17,528 nucleotides of DNA, taken from a bacterium. Lineage in GTDB: Bacteria > CALINM01. A model generated the notes under the pieces. It did not search any database and had not been told where the DNA came from. It was given only the letters and a program-made list of their open reading frames with translations. The DNA lies in assembly GCA_041640455.1 (NCBI GenBank), contig JBEQAF010000042.1, positions 1 through 17,528 on the forward strand, written 5' to 3'. Of the stretch, positions 7,246 to 15,294 are shown in pieces. Each line of letters opens with the position of its first letter. Within the stretch, counting starts at the first letter, position 1. The translations under genes were made by a program, and so were the position numbers.

Positions 7246-9174
7246 ATGAAGAAAGTAGTTTCAGCCTTTGTTTTTTTGTCGGCTTTTCTGTTTTCTTTAA
7301 TCAAAGTAAGAGACTATGATCTGTTTATCTATCTCAGGCTTTCTGATTTTGAAAGTATATTCTCTCCTTTAAAAAGAAACTTTTTTTCCTTCTCCTACCC
7401 GGACTATCCCTACAATAACTACTCAATCCTTTATTCAGAGATTGTGAGTTTTTTTCATAGTCTTACTGGTTTTGACTCTCTAATTTTATTTCAGGCAGTA
7501 GTTGTTACCATAAGCTTTTTGATAATATATCTAACATTTGATGAGAAAAAAAGTAGCGCATGGCTTACTTTAGCTATTTTTCTGCTATCTCTTTTTACTT
7601 TAAGATATAGACTTCTTTTTAGACCTCATAATCTAACTTACCTTTTTTTTGCAATAAATCTTTTTCTTCTTTACAGGCTTCCAAAAAACGCATCAATCTT
7701 TTTGTTTATCAATCAGATTTTATGGGTTAATAGCCACATAGGTTTTATTCTCGGTATTGTAAACCTTTTTCTCCTGATCCCGTTAAAGCCAGAGCTTAAA
7801 AGGAGCTTTTTAAAGCTCATTGTCTCTCTTATAGCTGGAAGTCTTCTCTCTATTTACGGGATTAAGCCTTTTTTTGAGGTTTTAAACCCCTTTTTTGGCG
7901 CTACGAAGGATATATTTAAATTTATTGAGGTTCATGAGTGGCAGCCTTCAGACCAAAAAATTTATCTATCCTTTTATGGAACTCTAATAGTTTTTACCCT
8001 ATTTCTTTTTATAAATTTTAAAGGGTATAAAGTTATTCCTTTTTATCTATTTTATCTGATGCTTTCTGTAAGGTTTGTAAGATTTATCGATTTTTTTGCA
8101 CTTTCTGCTTTTTTTGCCACCCTTTATATATCTGAGATATGGGAGATGAAAAAAATCTTTAGATTTTTCCAGATACCCATTTTTACTATTATTTTTCTAT
8201 TCTGTAGCCTTGATTATATGAAAAATATTAATATTCCAAAGGGGTTTGGGCTTGCCAGTTATTTTTATCCTTCAGGGGCTATAAATTTTATAAAGAAAAA
8301 CTCCATCTCTGGTAACTGTTTTAACTATTATGCTGCAGGTGCAAATATTATTAAAGATCTCTATCCTCAGGTTAAGCCCATAATGGATGGAAGGCTTTGC
8401 TACCCTTTAGATTTTATAGCCCTTTATGCAAAAAGCTTTAAAGATAAGGAAGCCTTTTCGAAAATAATGAAGCAGTTTGATATTGACATCATTCTTATGG
8501 ATTTTGATCACCCAGAGATCTTGCTTTTTTTAGAAGAGATAAGAGATCAGTATCCTCTCGTTTATTTTGACAATAACTCTATGATCTTTCTTAAAAGGGA
8601 TAAAAAGTTTGAAGAACTAATAAAAAAGTATGAGATAAAAGAGATATCGCCTGTTTATGTTTCAGGCTATAAAGAGAGCGGTGATATTAATAAAATAGAG
8701 CAGGAGATGCAAAAACTATTAAATATAAATCCTTCAAACCGTTTATTTGTAATGTATGGAAATCTGCTGTTTCAAAAAGGGAATATTGATGAAGCCCTAA
8801 ATTATTTTTACAGGGTAGTTGAGTCTTCAGACCCCAATGCAAAGGCTGAGGCGTATAATAATATTGGCGTTATAAGGCTTAATGAAGGGAAGTTTAAAGA
8901 AGCAAAAGGGCTTTTTAGAAAGGCTCTTGATTTTGCTGATATACCTTATGGTGCTTTAAATCTCTTTTTAATAAATTTTGAAGAAAAAAACTATCTCAGA
9001 GCCTATTACTACCTCAAAAAATATGAATCTTTCAATGGCGAGATTACCGAAGAGCTCTCTTACAAGGCTGAATTTTTAAAAAAGTATGTCAAGATAGTAC
9101 TGACAATACTTATTGTATCAGCTATATTTTTAATATTTCTTAAAAAATGGTCTAAAAGAAAATTTTCTCATTGA
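7246..9174 (+). CDS. Polytopic membrane protein, probable GT-C-fold glycosyltransferase, with soluble domain, TPR repeats and C-terminal TM anchor
   Basis: About 10 hydrophobic segments in the first ~330 aa. D-x-D (RDYD) after TM1, FRPH, LWVNSHIGF, EVHEW, YPSGAINF, MDGR motifs. TPR consensus in YGNLLFQKGNIDEALNYF and AEAYNNIGVIRLNEGKFKEAKGLFRKAL. Terminal hydrophobic helix followed by KKWSKRK. Confidence 0.65.
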   Translation: MKKVVSAFVFLSAFLFSLIKVRDYDLFIYLRLSDFESIFSPLKRNFFSFSYPDYPYNNYSILYSEIVSFFHSLTGFDSLILFQAVVVTISFLIIYLTFDEKKSSAWLTLAIFLLSLFTLRYRLLFRPHNLTYLFFAINLFLLYRLPKNASIFLFINQILWVNSHIGFILGIVNLFLLIPLKPELKRSFLKLIVSLIAGSLLSIYGIKPFFEVLNPFFGATKDIFKFIEVHEWQPSDQKIYLSFYGTLIVFTLFLFINFKGYKVIPFYLFYLMLSVRFVRFIDFFALSAFFATLYISEIWEMKKIFRFFQIPIFTIIFLFCSLDYMKNINIPKGFGLASYFYPSGAINFIKKNSISGNCFNYYAAGANIIKDLYPQVKPIMDGRLCYPLDFIALYAKSFKDKEAFSKIMKQFDIDIILMDFDHPEILLFLEEIRDQYPLVYFDNNSMIFLKRDKKFEELIKKYEIKEISPVYVSGYKESGDINKIEQEMQKLLNINPSNRLFVMYGNLLFQKGNIDEALNYFYRVVESSDPNAKAEAYNNIGVIRLNEGKFKEAKGLFRKALDFADIPYGALNLFLINFEEKNYLRAYYYLKKYESFNGEITEELSYKAEFLKKYVKIVLTILIVSAIFLIFLKKWSKRKFSH

Positions 9175-9205
9175 TAAACACCACATATTTTGATAACAAA
9201 TAAGT

Positions 9206-9799
9206 ATGGAATTTTTAGAGCTTGCGAGAAAGAGAAGAAGCATAAGAATTTTTCAGCAGGAAAAAGATGTGCCAGATGAGTATATAAAAAAGATACTGGA
9301 GGCTGGCAATCTTGCTCCTTCTGCCCATAACAAGCAGTCATGGAAATTTGTAGTCATCAAGGGAAATAAAAAGAACGAACTTTCAAAATTAATTAATGAG
9401 CTTTCTGAGCTGTTTCCTAAAAAAAGTAGGCTCCTTTTAAGGATGGGAGCAAAGTCTATTTTCACAGCACCCTGCGTAATAGCAGTTTTTAGCACAGGCG
9501 AGCTGGTTTTAGAAGCTCCTGAGTTTGGTGAGGGGCTCAAAAAAGAGATTGAATCTTTCTTTCAGGAGATGGAGATTCAGAGCGCATCAGCGGCTGTTCA
9601 GAATATGCTTTTGCAGGCAACAGAGCTTGGACTCGGGACTGTCTGGCTTGGAATAGTAGTGCTTATCGCAAGGCAGATAGAGTGCTTTCTTAATATGGAG
9701 GGAAAACTGCTTGCCATGTTTCCAGTTGGTTACCCATCGAAGGATTATACACCTCCGAAGAAAAAGCCTCTCTCAGAGGTGGTTATTGAGTTATGCTGA
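9206..9799 (+). CDS. Nitroreductase family FMN-binding protein
   Basis: RRSIRIF, APSAHNKQSWKFVV, AAVQNMLLQATELGLGTVW and PVGYP motifs. Confidence 0.93.
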   Translation: MEFLELARKRRSIRIFQQEKDVPDEYIKKILEAGNLAPSAHNKQSWKFVVIKGNKKNELSKLINELSELFPKKSRLLLRMGAKSIFTAPCVIAVFSTGELVLEAPEFGEGLKKEIESFFQEMEIQSASAAVQNMLLQATELGLGTVWLGIVVLIARQIECFLNMEGKLLAMFPVGYPSKDYTPPKKKPLSEVVIELC

Positions 9800-9810
9800 T
9801 CTGCTAAATC

Positions 9811-9819
9811 TGGTATCAT
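9811..9819 (+). promoter_or_regulatory. Extended -10 element (TGnTATCAT), 6 nt before an SD-less ATG
   Basis: TGGTATCAT at 9811-9819; ATG at 9826. Confidence 0.55.
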
Positions 9820-9825
9820 AATAGT

Positions 9826-11340
9826 ATGTTTTTAAGCAAAAAAGACAATATCAGTAATGCCCTTATTTTGAGAAGAAATATTCTGGAACTGCTTAAGATA
9901 ATTGAGCATTCAAAGGATATTGACATTGATAATATTGAGAGAATCAAAGATTATCTATCAAACTACGGGGATATTATAATTCCTATCATAATTGATGAGC
10001 TTAAAAAAAAGCAGTCCGATAAGATTCTTTATAAATATGAAAATCTGCTCGTATATCTGGACAACTATAATCTGATCAAGCCACTGATAAACTGTTTAAT
10101 GGAAAATAAGGAAAATACTAAACTAAGAAAAACTATAATTAGAGTACTGAAACGTTATTATGTAAGCTTTAACGAACCACCGCTAAGCAGGTTCTATGCG
10201 GAACTGATAGAGGAGATAGAGAAAATCGGGATTGAACTTATAAGCAGTTTTAATGAAAACTGGGACAAATTTTTAGGTTTTTATACTGAATTTCTTTACC
10301 TCCAGGAGGGGCAGACAGAGATTTTAAAAGTCATTGAAGAGCTAAAAGACGATAAAAAATATGATATATTTCTCACCATGCTTCTTACCAACGATGATCA
10401 GCTAATAAGGAACATTATTGAAACTCTGGGGAGAATTGATCACGAAAAATCTTTGCTTGTTCTTAAAAGGGCTCTTGTCTTCTTACCTCTCAAATATCAT
10501 GGGCTCATTGAGCTGAATATGAGAAAACTTAATTTTAAGGGTATCCGTTATCAGGGAGATCCGATTGAGGAAAACTACATTAACAATGTATATCTTGGTT
10601 ATCCCTTTTCAAACGGATTGAGGCATCTTTTGTATTTGCTTAAAAAAGGGGATTTCTATCATATACTTTTTATAGAGATTGATGAGGTTTTCGGAATAAC
10701 TGAAAATTGCATGTTGTATGCCAACCTGAATGAAGATAGGAAGGATCACATTATCTCGAGATTGGTTGATCAGTTTTACCTGAAGCAGGTTAATAACAAT
10801 TATGATTTAAAGATTATTAATCATGGCATATTTAATAATTATGCTATGGATGTAATATTACCACCTGTTTTCTCAATTTTTATAAATTACCTGCCTGCAT
10901 ATTACTTTAAGCCAATATTATATAAGATAGACAGTATCAGGGAGAGATTGAGATTCAGATTTGATGAAAATTCTATTAAGAATTCAGATAAACTCTGGGA
11001 GCTTGTTGATATACTGGGCTGGCTTACGGAGGATATGAGATTTGTTGATATTGTCGAAAAATGGTATGTTAACTCAAAAAAGGAAGAGCAGTTCTGGATG
11101 GATGAGATATTTATTAAAAAGGTGTTGAGGGAGATAATCCTTTCTGATATAAATATCTGGAAAGAAAGACTGCTTATGCTGGCAGATTTTCTCGATAATG
11201 TATCTGAGCACAGAGATTACATCGGGATTATTCTGGCTGTTGAACAGGCACTGGAGAAGGATGTAGAAAAGATGGAGCGAATACCCTTTTTTAAAAAACT
11301 TATACTTGAAAGCAAGAAAATGGTTTTAATGAACTTATAG
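9826..11340 (+). CDS. Hypothetical protein, helical with HEAT-like repeat(s)
   Basis: 504-aa ORF filling the gap between genes. HEAT-like segments LIRNIIETLGRIDHEKSLLVLKRAL and KLRKTIIRVL. No catalytic motif recognised. Confidence 0.6.
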   Translation: MFLSKKDNISNALILRRNILELLKIIEHSKDIDIDNIERIKDYLSNYGDIIIPIIIDELKKKQSDKILYKYENLLVYLDNYNLIKPLINCLMENKENTKLRKTIIRVLKRYYVSFNEPPLSRFYAELIEEIEKIGIELISSFNENWDKFLGFYTEFLYLQEGQTEILKVIEELKDDKKYDIFLTMLLTNDDQLIRNIIETLGRIDHEKSLLVLKRALVFLPLKYHGLIELNMRKLNFKGIRYQGDPIEENYINNVYLGYPFSNGLRHLLYLLKKGDFYHILFIEIDEVFGITENCMLYANLNEDRKDHIISRLVDQFYLKQVNNNYDLKIINHGIFNNYAMDVILPPVFSIFINYLPAYYFKPILYKIDSIRERLRFRFDENSIKNSDKLWELVDILGWLTEDMRFVDIVEKWYVNSKKEEQFWMDEIFIKKVLREIILSDINIWKERLLMLADFLDNVSEHRDYIGIILAVEQALEKDVEKMERIPFFKKLILESKKMVLMNL

Positions 11341-11349
11341 GAGGCGATT

Positions 11350-12360
11350 TTGAAGATATCGGTAATAGGTGCAGGTAGTTTTGGTACAGCTCTGGCGCAA
11401 CTGCTTTCGACAAAATATAAGGATGTTAACCTCTGGGTTTATGAGGAAGAGGTTTACAGGATGATATCTGATGAACGTGAGAACAGAGTTTATATGCCTG
11501 GCTATAGACTGTCAGAGCATATTAAGCCTCATCTAAAGATTGAAGATGCTATGAAAGGTGCAAAGTTTGTATTTCTGGCAGTCCCCTCCCATGTATTTAG
11601 AGCTGTGCTTAACTCAATGAAACCCCATATAACCAATGACTGTACCATCATTTCGGTAGCAAAAGGGATTGAGAACAAGACCAATTATGTGATGATAGAG
11701 GTTGTAGAAGATGTGCTTGGCAGACATTTTCTTGATAGAGTCTGTGTGCTTTCTGGACCGAGCTTCGCAAAGGAAGTTATGGAAGGAAAGCCCACGCTTG
11801 TTGTGGTAGCTTCAAAAGACATAACTAAGGCTGAAGATGTTCAGAAAAATTTTTCAACCGATAGGTTCAGGATTTATACCTCCGATGACCTGATGGGGGT
11901 TGAGCTTGGTGGGGCATTAAAAAATGTGATCGCCATTGCAGCAGGTATCTGTGAAGGTATGGGGCTGGGATATAATGCTATGGCTGCGCTTATTACGAGA
12001 GGACTGGCAGAGATGACAAGGCTCGGCGTAGCAATGGGTGCCAATCCGCTTACCTTTAAAGGTCTTTCGGGGATAGGTGATCTTGTGCTTACCTGTACAG
12101 GCTCTCTAAGCCGTAATAGGCAGGTTGGAATTAAACTTGCTGAAGGATATTCTATCGATAAGATTCAGCAAGAGATGAAGATGGTTGCTGAAGGTGTAAA
12201 AACATCCTATTCGGTCTACGAGCTGGCAAAAAAATATCAGGTAGAGATGCCCATCTCAACTGAGGTCTATAAGATTATTTATGAGAAAAAACACCCCCAG
12301 AGGGCTCTTAATGAGCTCATGGAGAGAAAGCTTAGATTTGAAAGAGAGTATATATTCTAA
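11350..12360 (+). CDS. gpsA: NAD(P)H-dependent glycerol-3-phosphate dehydrogenase
   Basis: GAGSFGTALA, AVPS, AKGIE, SGPSFAKEV, GGALKNVIAIAAG, GIGDLVLTC and SRN motifs. TTG start with AGGAGG at 11339-11344. Confidence 0.98.
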   Translation: MKISVIGAGSFGTALAQLLSTKYKDVNLWVYEEEVYRMISDERENRVYMPGYRLSEHIKPHLKIEDAMKGAKFVFLAVPSHVFRAVLNSMKPHITNDCTIISVAKGIENKTNYVMIEVVEDVLGRHFLDRVCVLSGPSFAKEVMEGKPTLVVVASKDITKAEDVQKNFSTDRFRIYTSDDLMGVELGGALKNVIAIAAGICEGMGLGYNAMAALITRGLAEMTRLGVAMGANPLTFKGLSGIGDLVLTCTGSLSRNRQVGIKLAEGYSIDKIQQEMKMVAEGVKTSYSVYELAKKYQVEMPISTEVYKIIYEKKHPQRALNELMERKLRFEREYIF

Positions 12361-12371
12361 AATAGCTTTTG

Positions 12372-12404
12372 TGATATAATGACCCAAAAATTTCTGAGGT
12401 GATC
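12372..12404 (+). promoter_or_regulatory. Consensus extended -10 promoter and SD of gpmI
   Basis: TGATATAAT at 12372-12380. GAGGTGATC at 12396-12404 is complementary to the conserved 16S 3' GAUCACCUC. Confidence 0.7.
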
Positions 12405-13937
12405 ATGTATCCTATTTTTTTAATAATTTTAGACGGATGGGGTCTCGGGAAAGAGACCGAGACCAACGCCTTTTATAAGGCTAATGCACCTTTTATTAAG
12501 AGCCTCTTCCACAACTTTCCCCATACCACACTTTCTGCTTCTGGTGAAGATGTGGGGCTTCCTGAAGGTCAGATGGGCAATTCTGAAGTTGGGCATCTAA
12601 ATATCGGTGCGGGCAGAATTGTATATCAGGATCTTACACGTATCTCTAAATCCATAAGAGATGGAGATTTTTTTAAAAATAAAGTAATTCTGAGCGCTAT
12701 AGAAAGGGCTTTAAAAAATAATTCAAAGCTACATCTTATGGGGCTTGTCTCCGATGGTGGTGTTCACTCCCATATAGAACATCTTGAGGCTTTGCTCTTA
12801 TTTGCTAAAGAAAAGGGGTTAAGTGATGTGGTAATACATGCCTTTACAGATGGAAGAGATACGCCGCCAGACAGCGGGATTAAATATCTTAAAGATCTGG
12901 ATAATTTTGTTAAAACTGAAGGAGTCGGAAGATTTGGCGTTTTATCTGGCAGATACTATGCAATGGATAGGGATAAAAGATGGGATAGAACAGAGCTTGC
13001 CTATGATGCGCTCACTCTTGGCAAGGGGCTTTATGAAGCAGCTGATATTGTTCAGGCAGTTCAAATGGCTTACGACAGAGGTGAGACCGATGAGTTTATA
13101 AAACCCACAGTAATTAAGGGCACAAAAGACATTACTATAAAAGATAAAGATACGGTCATATTTTTTAACTTCCGAGCTGATAGGGCAAGACAGCTTACCT
13201 ATGCTCTAACAGAAAAGGAGTTTAATGGTTTTGAAAGAAAGTTTATTCCCCATATTGATTATTTTGTAACCATGACGCTTTATGATGAGAAGCTAAAGAA
13301 CGTAAATATTGCCTTCCCGCCACAGGTGTTGAAAAATATACTCGGTGAGGTGCTGGCAAATCATAAGATACCCCAGCTGAGAATAGCAGAAACTGAGAAA
13401 TATGCCCATGTAACCTATTTTTTTAACGGCGGTGAGGAGAGACCCTTTGAACTGGAAGATAGATGTCTTATCCCATCACCAAAGGATGTGCCAACCTATG
13501 ATTACAAGCCCGAGATGAGCGCATATGAGGTTACCCAGGAGGTGCTGAAAAGACTGAGTGAGAATAAATACAGGGTAGTTATATTAAACTATGCCAATAT
13601 GGATATGGTGGGACATACGGGTTCATTAACCGCAGCTGTAAAGGCAGTGGAGGCTCTTGATAGCTGCATTTCAAGGCTCGTCCCTGCCATACTTGATAAA
13701 GGCGGAACGGTTTTTCTCACATCTGATCATGGAAATGCCGAGCAGATGTGCGAAGAAGATAATACCCCCCATACTGCCCATACGCAGAATCCTGTGCCCT
13801 TTTTGTTTATCAGCAAAAACATAAATTACAGTTTAAGGTCAGGCAGGCTTGCTGATATCGCACCCACTATTTTAGCCTATATGGGAATCAAGAAGCCTAA
13901 AGATATGACTGGAGAAAGCCTTTTAGTAAAAATGTAA
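12405..13937 (+). CDS. gpmI: 2,3-bisphosphoglycerate-independent phosphoglycerate mutase
   Basis: ILDGWG, GQMGNSEVGH, SDGGVHSH, DGRD, GRYYAMDRD, NFRADR, AETEKYAHVT, DMVGHTG and DHGN motifs. ATG 12405 is preferred over the track's GTG 12399 because that GTG lies inside the SD. Confidence 0.98.
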   Translation: MYPIFLIILDGWGLGKETETNAFYKANAPFIKSLFHNFPHTTLSASGEDVGLPEGQMGNSEVGHLNIGAGRIVYQDLTRISKSIRDGDFFKNKVILSAIERALKNNSKLHLMGLVSDGGVHSHIEHLEALLLFAKEKGLSDVVIHAFTDGRDTPPDSGIKYLKDLDNFVKTEGVGRFGVLSGRYYAMDRDKRWDRTELAYDALTLGKGLYEAADIVQAVQMAYDRGETDEFIKPTVIKGTKDITIKDKDTVIFFNFRADRARQLTYALTEKEFNGFERKFIPHIDYFVTMTLYDEKLKNVNIAFPPQVLKNILGEVLANHKIPQLRIAETEKYAHVTYFFNGGEERPFELEDRCLIPSPKDVPTYDYKPEMSAYEVTQEVLKRLSENKYRVVILNYANMDMVGHTGSLTAAVKAVEALDSCISRLVPAILDKGGTVFLTSDHGNAEQMCEEDNTPHTAHTQNPVPFLFISKNINYSLRSGRLADIAPTILAYMGIKKPKDMTGESLLVKM

Positions 13938-13955
13938 CAAAGCTAAATTTATGGA

Positions 13956-14666
13956 ATGAAAATTTTTTATTTTTTAAAAAGCTTTCTGGGCTTTATAGCC
14001 GATGAAAGATGTGTGGTCTGTGATAAAAACAAAGGTTTTATCTGTAGCAGTTGTGAGCCCCTGTTGCCTTTAAACAAAATTTTTTGTGATATCTGTGCCA
14101 GTCCGCTTAATGTTTCTACTGATAATCTGCGATGCGGAAAATGTCTCAATTTAAAGCCTGTTTACCAATCTGTATTCTCACCACTCATTTATGATGGTTT
14201 TTTAAGAGAAATTATTATAGAAGCTAAGTTTAAAGGTAAATTCCAGTATTACACCATGCTTATGAATAAGGTTTATGATATTTTTCAAAAGAATTTTACC
14301 GAGCTTGGAAGCTCTGCTAAGGCAATAATACCCATTCCACTTTCAAAGCAGAGACTCAGAGAGAGAGGATACAACCAGTCTATGCTCATAGCCCGCTTTT
14401 TGTCTAAAAAACTTAACATTCCGATATTGTCGGATAGTCTTATTAAAGTTAGGCATACCATTCCGCAGAGTATGCTTGGTGAAAAGGACAGAATTAAAAA
14501 TATAAAGGGCGCCTTTTTATTAAAAAAATCTTTAAAAACTGATAAAATTATTCTTGTTGATGATATAATAACATCAGGTGCTACAATTAATGAGGCATCT
14601 TTGGCTCTGAAAAAAGGAGGGGTTAATGAGATACGGGTATTTTCGTTATGCAGGGCGACTTTTTAG
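13956..14666 (+). CDS. comF: ComF family competence protein (double zinc ribbon + phosphoribosyltransferase)
   Basis: Four CxxC pairs (CVVC, CSSC, CDIC, CGKC), IPIPL...RGYNQS, and PRPP loop ILVDDIITSGAT. Confidence 0.92.
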   Translation: MKIFYFLKSFLGFIADERCVVCDKNKGFICSSCEPLLPLNKIFCDICASPLNVSTDNLRCGKCLNLKPVYQSVFSPLIYDGFLREIIIEAKFKGKFQYYTMLMNKVYDIFQKNFTELGSSAKAIIPIPLSKQRLRERGYNQSMLIARFLSKKLNIPILSDSLIKVRHTIPQSMLGEKDRIKNIKGAFLLKKSLKTDKIILVDDIITSGATINEASLALKKGGVNEIRVFSLCRATF

Positions 14667-15228
14667 CATTTTTATCATAATTCTTATAACAGCGCCATTT
14701 TACAGTGCTCAATCAGCTGTTTATTATGTAGATGAAAAAGGTGTTGTCCATTTTGTAGATGACGAGACACTGGTTCCTGAAAAGTACAGAGAAAAGAAAA
14801 AGACGATAGACAAAGTTGATGAAGACATACCTGTTGAAAGGCCTGCTGAAAAAAAAGATATTTTAAAAAAGGATGAGACGGAAGAGCCTAAAGATAAGAT
14901 GGGGAATACAGCCGCCTATTGGAGACAGAGATATAAGGCACTTGTAAATGAGAAGCTCAAAAAAGAGAGAGAACTGAGAGATCTGGAAAACCAAAGAGAC
15001 GAGCTTTCGAGACAGTATGAGGCGGCAAGAAGTAGAGCCTTTTTTGTAGGTGACTCCCAGTCGGTAACCCTTGCGGCAAACCTTGAGTTAAAACTAAGAG
15101 AGCTGGAAAATATGATAAAAATGACTGTTGCACAGCTTGATGAGTTAAACAGAAAGGTGTCCGTTGATATATACAATGAGCTCATACAGGCGGGTGGTAG
15201 AACTGAGTGGCTTCTGTCCAATGAATAG
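14626..15228 (+). CDS. Exported or membrane-anchored DUF4124-like protein with long C-terminal coiled coil
   Basis: AAGGAGG at 14614-14620. Signal-peptide-like N-terminus, YYVDEKGVVHFVDD...VPEKYR (DUF4124-type), then heptad-rich K/E/R helix. Confidence 0.75.
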   Translation: MRYGYFRYAGRLFSIFIIILITAPFYSAQSAVYYVDEKGVVHFVDDETLVPEKYREKKKTIDKVDEDIPVERPAEKKDILKKDETEEPKDKMGNTAAYWRQRYKALVNEKLKKERELRDLENQRDELSRQYEAARSRAFFVGDSQSVTLAANLELKLRELENMIKMTVAQLDELNRKVSVDIYNELIQAGGRTEWLLSNE

Positions 15229-15294
15229 GTCTGTTCAAGCTAATAAATTAATATTTAGCTGACTGTCTATCATACTATTTCACGAATAAAAAGA

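Noticed and set aside
9171..9196. TTGATAA direct repeat upstream of the nitroreductase, resembling FNR half-sites
   Set aside because: It is a direct rather than inverted repeat, so it does not match TTGAT-N4-ATCAA. Promoter -35 and extended -10 elements explain it adequately.
9253..15221. Nested or antisense ORFs 9253-9540, 12838-13101, 13967-14149, 14916-15221
   Set aside because: Fully inside conserved genes, with no SD or domain evidence.
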